This document shows, piece by piece, positions 26,401 to 31,871 of a stretch of DNA of 31,871 nt. Position numbers and translations under genes: made by a program. The notes beneath the pieces are model-generated. The model saw only the letters and a list, made by a program, of their open reading frames with translations, made no database searches and had not been told where the DNA came from. Numbering within the stretch: the stretch's first letter is position 1; each line of letters starts with the position of its first letter. The stretch lies in NCBI GenBank assembly GCA_043827405.1, contig JBDRPD010000020.1:1-31871 (forward strand), in the 5' to 3' direction. Source of the DNA: Elusimicrobiota bacterium. GTDB taxonomy: Bacteria; Elusimicrobiota; Elusimicrobia; UBA1565.

Positions 26401-26936
26401 GCCTTGATATTGAGCGTGTCCTGCTGGGTCTCGAGAATCAGCAGGTCGGCGCCGCCCGCAAGCAGGCCGCGCGCGGCTTCGGCGTAGTAGCCGCGGATCT
26501 CGTCGAAGGTGACGCCGCCGGTCACGGAAATGGTTTTAGTGCCGGGGCCCAGGGAGCCGGCGACAAAGCGCGGCTTGTCCGGAGTCGAGAACTTCCGCGC
26601 TTCCTCCACCGCCAGCCGCGTCGCCGCGCGGCCGATCTCGAACGTCTTGTCCGCCAGGCCGTATTCGTCGAGCACGTGCCGGATCGCGCCGAACGTGTTG
26701 GTCTCTATGATGTCGGCGCCCGCGTTGAGATAGTCGGCGTGGATGCGGCGCAGAACATCGGGCCGGGTGAGCGCCAGATTTTCGTTGCAGCCCTCCAGCT
26801 CGGAGCCGCCGAAATCCCGGGCCGTCAGCCGGAAGTTCTGCAGGCAGGTTCCCATGCCGCCGTCGAGCAGTAGAATCCGTTCGCGCAGCAGCTCGCGGAT
26901 TTCCGCGGCGCGTCCTCGGTCGGAAAAGCTACTCAT
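23427..26936 (-). CDS. metH: Cobalamin-dependent methionine synthase
   Basis: LLDGGMGT, GLNCATG, GGCCGTTP, GERTNVIGS, DVHDIGKN and C-terminal activation domain SPGYPACP. Confidence 0.97.
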   Translation of the reverse strand: MSSFSDRGRAAEIRELLRERILLLDGGMGTCLQNFRLTARDFGGSELEGCNENLALTRPDVLRRIHADYLNAGADIIETNTFGAIRHVLDEYGLADKTFEIGRAATRLAVEEARKFSTPDKPRFVAGSLGPGTKTISVTGGVTFDEIRGYYAEAARGLLAGGADLLILETQQDTLNIKASLHGFADAFAAAGRSLPIMLSISVETMGTMLGGQTAEALYHSISHFDLLGVGLNCATGPDFMTDHLRTLAGLSRFPVVCYPNAGLPDEEGNYNESPEMLAEKVVRFQQNGWLNIAGGCCGTTPAHIAALCAALAAATPRRPRSRPAAAVSGLEALPLDAERRPILVGERTNVIGSKLFKKIIVNGEFEKASEIGRRQVRGGAHILDVCLANPDRDENADMRRFLDFLTRKVKVPLMIDTTDPAVLEEALKRCPGKSIINSINLEDGEERFAEVGALIRRYGAAVIVGTIDEDKQAGMAVTRERKLAIARRSHDLLTQKHGLEPEDILVDPLVFPCATGDRNYIGSARETIEGLRLIKKELPRIKTVLGISNISFGLPPAGREVLNAVFLHHCVEAGLDMAIVNSEKLARYATLPDEEKTLADRLLFWDGAGDSDPIADFAAHFRDRKPEEGATDDRAQLPAHERLARCVIEGSKEGLTEGLDELLHKEQLKPLQIINGPLMRGMDKVGELFGNNELIVAEVLQSAEVMKAAVAHLEPHMSKDDVQTKGKVLLATVKGDVHDIGKNLVHIILKNNGYDVVDLGIKIPPQELIRAVKEQAPDIIGLSGLLVKSAQQMAIAAEELAAAGIDAPMLVGGAALSAKFTAGRIAPKYSHPVLYAKDAMMGLDLVNRLRDPKRKDSLLEENRQRQAELAAALGGSSATASPAAAAPVRTLSYDHNIPSPPDTKPHVLAAFDLEEIFQYINPVMLYGRHLGLKGSPEALYEAGDPKAVDLFKRVRELKNEILDKSLLTPKAVVRFFPAQAEGDNILLYESASAPRELERFAFPRQQRGEGRCLSDFVMQRSSGKMDYAAAFVVTCGQGVRGIADALIKDGQYMKAHALQALALESAEGFAELLHEKIRSMWGIPDPQDMTLKQKFQARYRGIRVSPGYPACPDLADQEKLWRLLSPDTRIGVTLTEEYMMDPEASVSAIVFHHPQAHYFSVEKSPLLG

Positions 26937-27858
26937 CTGTTTTCTCGCTTCTGGGGAATAAGGGGAACAGCGGGCGCTTGCCGACGATCTTGTGAAAGCG
27001 CAGGTCCTTCCACAGGCGCTCAAACTCGACGTCCTCCTGCGCCTTGGCGGCGTATTCCGGCTTGAACTTGATCGCCGCCTCCAGCCGGCCCAAAGCCTCT
27101 TCATAGCGTCCGTGATTGGAGAGCATGGCCGCATGATGGTAGAGGGCCAGGGGGTATTCCGGATCCATCTCGGCGGCGATGCTTAATTCTTCTTCCGCCG
27201 CGTAGATATCCATTTTTTCTTTATAAAGGAAGATGGCATTGGTTACATGTGCCCGGGCGCGATTGCGGCGCACGCCGGGATTGAGCATGCGGATCAACTT
27301 GTAGCGATAAGAATCACGGGGAGTCCAGCTGTTGCGGAATATCATGAAGGCGCAGTTGCTCAGCGGCGAATAGTGAATTTCGCTGAGCTTGAACTGCGGC
27401 TCCGGCCACTTCGTCAGATAGCCCAACTGGAAGGCCGCCGTGGAGTGCAGGATATGGCGCAGGCCGGCCCGCTCGTAGACCGGCGCTTCGCGGATTGTCT
27501 CCACGGTTCCCGCCGGCGCGTAGCCGGTGCGGATGAGCTCCTCGGTCATCTTGTTGACCCGGTTGGGATCCCAGGCCAAAGACGACTCGCCCCGGTCGAC
27601 CCACTGCGTCTGCACGTCGACCGTGCCCGGGTCGATGGTGAGGCGGCCCACCAGCCAGTTGTCGGGGACGCCGCGCAGGCCGTCGCCCACCGGCGGATAG
27701 TTGAAGTACTGGAAAGCGACCGAGCAGGCATTATTCCAGCCGAGAAAGATCAATTCGTCGTAGCCGTAAGCGCTCTCCTTGCCCGCGACCGAGATGGGCT
27801 CGGCGGCGGCGGGCAGAGATGCCGAAGACAAAAGAATGACCAGTATCCAAGCGAACAT
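26929..27858 (-). CDS. Secreted protein with C-terminal TPR repeats
   Basis: Signal peptide; AAEMDPEYPLALYHHA...EEALGRLEAAIKFKP...AQEDVEF TPR-end pattern. Overlaps the metH start by 8 nt. Confidence 0.85.
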   Translation of the reverse strand: MFAWILVILLSSASLPAAAEPISVAGKESAYGYDELIFLGWNNACSVAFQYFNYPPVGDGLRGVPDNWLVGRLTIDPGTVDVQTQWVDRGESSLAWDPNRVNKMTEELIRTGYAPAGTVETIREAPVYERAGLRHILHSTAAFQLGYLTKWPEPQFKLSEIHYSPLSNCAFMIFRNSWTPRDSYRYKLIRMLNPGVRRNRARAHVTNAIFLYKEKMDIYAAEEELSIAAEMDPEYPLALYHHAAMLSNHGRYEEALGRLEAAIKFKPEYAAKAQEDVEFERLWKDLRFHKIVGKRPLFPLFPRSEKTDE

Positions 27859-27909
27859 AGCAGTGTATTTTAGTATACGACGGGGGGGAGCGGTAGTCTA
27901 TGGACGTCC

Positions 27910-28521
27910 CTAGCCTAGCTTAAGCGCGGTGAGGATGAACTGCACGCCGATGGCGGAAAGCAGCAGTCCCATCAGGCGGGTGATGATGTTGAGCGCGATG
28001 GGCGTCAGCCAGCGGGTGCCCGATGCCGCCATGTAGAGGATCAGGTAGCAGAGGGCGGCCACGGCGGCGATGCAGGCGGTGAGCACCGCGACCTGGCCGG
28101 CCCCGTGCGCCCGGCTGAAGAGTACGATCGCCGTGGTGATGGCGCCGGGTCCGGCCAGCATCGGAATAGCCAGCGGCGTAATGGCGATGTCGTCTTTTTG
28201 CGCGCCGCATTCGGTCTCTTCTTCGGTCTCCTGCAGGGGCGAGCGGCGGGCGCGCAGCATGTCGAGAGCCGTCAGCAGGAGGATGAGGCCGCCGGCCACC
28301 TGGAAGGCGGCCAAAGTGATGCCGAAGAGCCGGAAGATCCACGGCCCGGCGAAGGCGAAGGCCAAAATCACCAGGCCGGCGGTCAGGGAGGCGACCAGGG
28401 CCATGCGGCGGCGCGCCGCTACCGTATCACGGGAGGTCATCGCCAGGAAGGCGGGAACCGCCGCGAACGGGTCGACGATCGCGAACAGCGAACCGAAAGT
28501 GAGCAGGGCGTATCCCAGCAT
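27910..28521 (-). CDS. MarC-family membrane protein
   Basis: FAIVDPF, FGITLAAFQVAGG, IAITPLAIPMLAGPGAI, TRLMGLLL. Confidence 0.93.
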   Translation of the reverse strand: MLGYALLTFGSLFAIVDPFAAVPAFLAMTSRDTVAARRRMALVASLTAGLVILAFAFAGPWIFRLFGITLAAFQVAGGLILLLTALDMLRARRSPLQETEEETECGAQKDDIAITPLAIPMLAGPGAITTAIVLFSRAHGAGQVAVLTACIAAVAALCYLILYMAASGTRWLTPIALNIITRLMGLLLSAIGVQFILTALKLG

Positions 28522-28664
28522 GGTCTGGTATTGTACGACAAGATCGGCGGCGGCCGTCTTGAGGCGGGTCAATGCGGCGGGTTGAGCGGGGTGCGCATTC
28601 TGGCCGACGCGATTGCTACTATCTATTTATTGGTGACATGTATTTTGGAGATCATTAAGAATAG

Positions 28665-31600
28665 ATGAGTAAATTTCTGCGTTATGTCGGCGGCTTCGTC
28701 TTACTGCACCTGACGTTTCCAGTTGTTCCGGCGCTTTGCCTGGAGGCGCAGTCTTCCCGGCCGGAGCTTGTGGTGCAGTCGGGACATGCGGAACGCATTT
28801 CTAATTTCACCTTTACTCCGGACAATAAATACGTGATCACCGGCAGCGCCGACGCGACGGCCAGGCTGTGGGATTTTGCCTCGGGAAAAGAAATTCGCAC
28901 CTTTCGAGGCATTCCCGGACAAGTTGAGGCTCTAGACGTCAGCCCGGATGGGGAGATGTTGGCCGTGGCAAGCGGCAGATTCCCCCGCGGAGCGATCACG
29001 TTCTACAGCATTCGCTCAGGAAAAAAGATTCGTTCGTTTAAGAGGCCTGTCCGCGCCCTCTTCTTTACCGGTGACGGGGACGGGCTGATCGTGGCAGGTT
29101 CCGACTATTTGGCGAAGTTGAGCGCGTCTACGGGCGATGTGGTGTGGTCCACCAGCGAAGAGGAGATGGACGTCAAGGCTGTAGCCCTTGCTCCCGACGG
29201 CAGGTTCGCCCTTTCCGGCGGCGATGATCAAGCTGTAAGTCAGTGGGATTTGGCAACCGGTCGACGAGTGCGTATTTATCGGCAATCCCATGATGTTCAG
29301 TCCATCGCGGTAAGTCCCGATGGCCAGTCATTCGCCTGCGAAATCGGGGAATATGGAGAGGGCAATACAATCCAGCTTTGGATGCTTTCCGCTCAGCGCA
29401 AGGGCCGATCCATTAGGGGGGCCTCCTCTCCGGTGTTTAGTCCGGATGGAAAGCGTTTGTTGACGCGAGACAAATATAATCTCCAGGTTTGGAGCGCGAA
29501 ATCCAGTCGGAAACTGTTGTCTTGGGAAGCGATCAATGAGAATGTTCCGCTTGCCTTTACGCGTGACGGGAAGCATGTGATTACCACGGTGGAGCACAGT
29601 GGAAACAACCTCGTGGTATGGGATGCGCAGACCGGTAAGGAGATGAGGAAGATCGGCTGGAAGGGGGGAGATACGCTGACTGGACGGGCGAGCGTATCGG
29701 CGGACGGTAAATGGTTGGGGGTCAGCTCCTACTATACGCAGATATGGGACTTGATGCGGGGAGTCAAGCTCCCGGACCAAACCTCAACCGGGGAGCATTA
29801 TTTCGCCGTTTGGTCGGCGGTTAGTCCTGATAGAAAGTATGTCGTCGGGTCGACGGGCTTGGGCAAGTTTGCCATTAAGGACCTGGCTGCGGGTACGATC
29901 ATCCCCAACCTGGGGACACTGCACGACAAAAAAATTTACAGAATCAGCCCGGACAGTAAGCATGTCGTGGTGGTGCAATCCAGCCCGGTGCTTTATGAGC
30001 TGGCCACCGGCCGCAAGATTAGGGAATTTCAGGCACCGCCGGAAGGCGTCACGGCGGTCGCTATAAGCCCCGATAGCGAGACGCTCGCGGTCGGTGGGAA
30101 TAAGGGTCGGCTGCTCCTGCAAAGCATGCAATCAGGCGCGGTGCTGCGCGAAGTCAATTTTGGGGAAGACGTCGCGGATATTCTGTCGCTGGCCTTTACC
30201 TGGGATGGAAGCCATCTCATTTCCGGGCATGCTTACTCCGTAGAAGCGGCTGATAACCTGCAGCAAACCTCCTTCGGCAAGATTCGCGTCTTGAATCTCG
30301 CGAGCGGGGCGGTTGTTCGAACAATCAAGGGGCATGCCAACCGTGTGCGCTCGCTCGCGGTATCCCCTGATGGGAAGAGCGCGGCGAGCGCGAGTGACGA
30401 TGGTACGGCGAGGTTATGGGATATCGCCAGCGGCGCGCAGCTGCGGGTTTTTAGGTCGCTGGTCGGCGGTCCCACGTCGGTGAGCTTTACTGCTGACGGC
30501 AAGTTCCTCATAACCTCTTTTACGGACAACACGGTGAGGATTTGGGATGTGAGTTCAGGCGGGGAGGTCTGCCGGCTTATCGGCCTCAACGTCGTCCACC
30601 ATCACCACAAATCACCGGATAAGAAAAGCTACCGGGTTGAGAAGAAAATGGATTGGGTGGTGGTGACGCCCGACGGCTATCTCGACGGCTCCCCGGGAGG
30701 GCTGAGGGATATCCGCTGGACGGTGGGAATGCGCTCCTATCCCCTGGAGGCGTTCTATGAGGGCTATTACACCCCGGGCCTTTTGGCGCGGCTCTTGAAG
30801 GGCGAGAGGTTCGGCTCTGCGGGCCAGAAGAGCATCGCCGAAGGCTTCGCGCCTCCGCCGAATGTAAGGATCATCGCACCCCAAATAGGCGCGAAACTTA
30901 CCGGGGAAACCGTAGAGGTTAAAGTCGCGGCGGAAGATCAGGGCGGCGGCGTTGATGAGATCGTACTGTATCACAACGGCAAGGCGGTGTCCGGCGTCGG
31001 GCGGGACATCGCGGTTCGCGCCAAGGCGGGCGCTGCCGCACGTAAGTTCAGCGTGAGGCTGACTGCCGGAGAAAACCGCCTGCGGGCGGCGGCATTCAGC
31101 CGGGACCGTATCGAAAGCGAACCGCATGAGGTGACGGTCTCTTACGCCGGTGCCGAGCTCGCGGCGGCGCTCCATGTTTTAACTGTTGGTATTAACAAGC
31201 ACAAGAATCCGGCGCTCGATCTGAATTACGCCCGCCCGGACGCTGAAGGAGTGATCGATTTCTTCACCGCGAACCAGGGCGGATTATTCAGGGAAGTAAG
31301 CCGGCATGAGCTTTTTGATAGCGCCGCCACCAAACCCTCCATCCTACAGCGCCTAGACTCCCTCCGGAGCGTGCCGCCGCAGGACGTGGTGGTGATCTAT
31401 TTGGCCGGTCACGGCGAGACCCTGGGCGGTGAGTGGTTTTTTGTCCCCCATGAGCTCGTCTATCCGGACAAGGAGGCGGACCTAAAGACCAAGGCGCTAT
31501 CCTCGACCGAGCTTAGAAAGCGCATCACGAGTATCGGCGCGAAGAAGGTCCTGCTGCTGCTGGATTCCTGCAAGTCGGGCGGCGTGATGCTGGCATTCGC

Positions 31601-31871
31601 GGCCAGAGGATTCGAAGAGCAAAAAGCCCTGCGGCAGCTGGCTCGCGCCTCCGGCGTGCATGTCGTCGCCGCCTCCAGCAAGGACCAGATCGCGGCCGAA
31701 GTCAAAGAGCTGGGGCATGGTATCTTCACGCATACGCTGCTGAAGGCGCTTAATGGCGATGCGGACGGCAGTCCCAATGATGGAATCGTCACGGTGCGGG
31801 AGCTTCTGGGCTATATTGAAAGTACGATTCCGGAAGTCAGTCTCAAATACAAGGCTCAGGCCCAGTATCCG
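28665..31871 (+). CDS. Signal-peptide WD40-repeat protein with an Ig-like segment and a C-terminal caspase (peptidase C14) domain; runs off the window end
   Basis: Hand translation gives an open frame of 1069 codons from MSKFLRYVGG. It has many WD40 blades (GH...FTPD...SADATARLWD), then LHVLTVGIN, YLAGHG (His at 31410) and LLDSCKSG (Cys at 31569). Confidence 0.92.
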   Translation, partial: MSKFLRYVGGFVLLHLTFPVVPALCLEAQSSRPELVVQSGHAERISNFTFTPDNKYVITGSADATARLWDFASGKEIRTFRGIPGQVEALDVSPDGEMLAVASGRFPRGAITFYSIRSGKKIRSFKRPVRALFFTGDGDGLIVAGSDYLAKLSASTGDVVWSTSEEEMDVKAVALAPDGRFALSGGDDQAVSQWDLATGRRVRIYRQSHDVQSIAVSPDGQSFACEIGEYGEGNTIQLWMLSAQRKGRSIRGASSPVFSPDGKRLLTRDKYNLQVWSAKSSRKLLSWEAINENVPLAFTRDGKHVITTVEHSGNNLVVWDAQTGKEMRKIGWKGGDTLTGRASVSADGKWLGVSSYYTQIWDLMRGVKLPDQTSTGEHYFAVWSAVSPDRKYVVGSTGLGKFAIKDLAAGTIIPNLGTLHDKKIYRISPDSKHVVVVQSSPVLYELATGRKIREFQAPPEGVTAVAISPDSETLAVGGNKGRLLLQSMQSGAVLREVNFGEDVADILSLAFTWDGSHLISGHAYSVEAADNLQQTSFGKIRVLNLASGAVVRTIKGHANRVRSLAVSPDGKSAASASDDGTARLWDIASGAQLRVFRSLVGGPTSVSFTADGKFLITSFTDNTVRIWDVSSGGEVCRLIGLNVVHHHHKSPDKKSYRVEKKMDWVVVTPDGYLDGSPGGLRDIRWTVGMRSYPLEAFYEGYYTPGLLARLLKGERFGSAGQKSIAEGFAPPPNVRIIAPQIGAKLTGETVEVKVAAEDQGGGVDEIVLYHNGKAVSGVGRDIAVRAKAGAAARKFSVRLTAGENRLRAAAFSRDRIESEPHEVTVSYAGAELAAALHVLTVGINKHKNPALDLNYARPDAEGVIDFFTANQGGLFREVSRHELFDSAATKPSILQRLDSLRSVPPQDVVVIYLAGHGETLGGEWFFVPHELVYPDKEADLKTKALSSTELRKRITSIGAKKVLLLLDSCKSGGVMLAFAARGFEEQKALRQLARASGVHVVAASSKDQIAAEVKELGHGIFTHTLLKALNGDADGSPNDGIVTVRELLGYIESTIPEVSLKYKAQAQYP

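Noticed and set aside
23370..26873. 1167-aa + strand ORF
   Set aside because: Antisense shadow of metH with no motifs.
26937..27134. N-terminal extension of MetH, or a cobalamin/SAM riboswitch leader
   Set aside because: The region is the coding 3' end of the TPR gene, and no riboswitch consensus was recognised.
28682..31792. Series of short minus-strand ORFs suggesting a pseudogene or recoded region
   Set aside because: All lie opposite one uninterrupted + strand WD40-caspase frame. No frameshift or stop read-through is needed.
1..31871. CRISPR array, rRNA or prophage genes
   Set aside because: No regularly spaced direct repeats, rRNA-like sequence or phage hallmark proteins were seen.

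Overview
High-GC bacterial chromosomal segment. The PorV/PorQ-like barrel fragment and many orphan secreted proteins are reminiscent of Elusimicrobiota (inference only). The window opens with the 3' end of an outer-membrane barrel gene, fused to a complete IS1380-family element (145..1812) that carries a highly structured non-coding 3' segment. It continues with tatD, a small Lys-rich gene, and a tRNA-Ile2 leading a membrane protein/GT-C/GT2 unit. Next come a CDF transporter with an ACT protein, a four-gene secreted operon around an M14 carboxypeptidase, and a PII-like gene. An ECF sigma / ZAS anti-sigma / PLD / VIT-vWA / vWA cluster follows, in which a shared ECF-type promoter motif is directly visible. 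Then come coaD, a thiolase, DUF350, a TPR-metH-HEAT-GNAT unit and marC. The window ends in a >1069-codon signal-peptide WD40-caspase gene that the ORF track omits because it runs off the edge. The most interesting items are the self-contained ECF regulon, the IS1380 structured segment, the WD40-caspase, and repeated leaderless-type starts.
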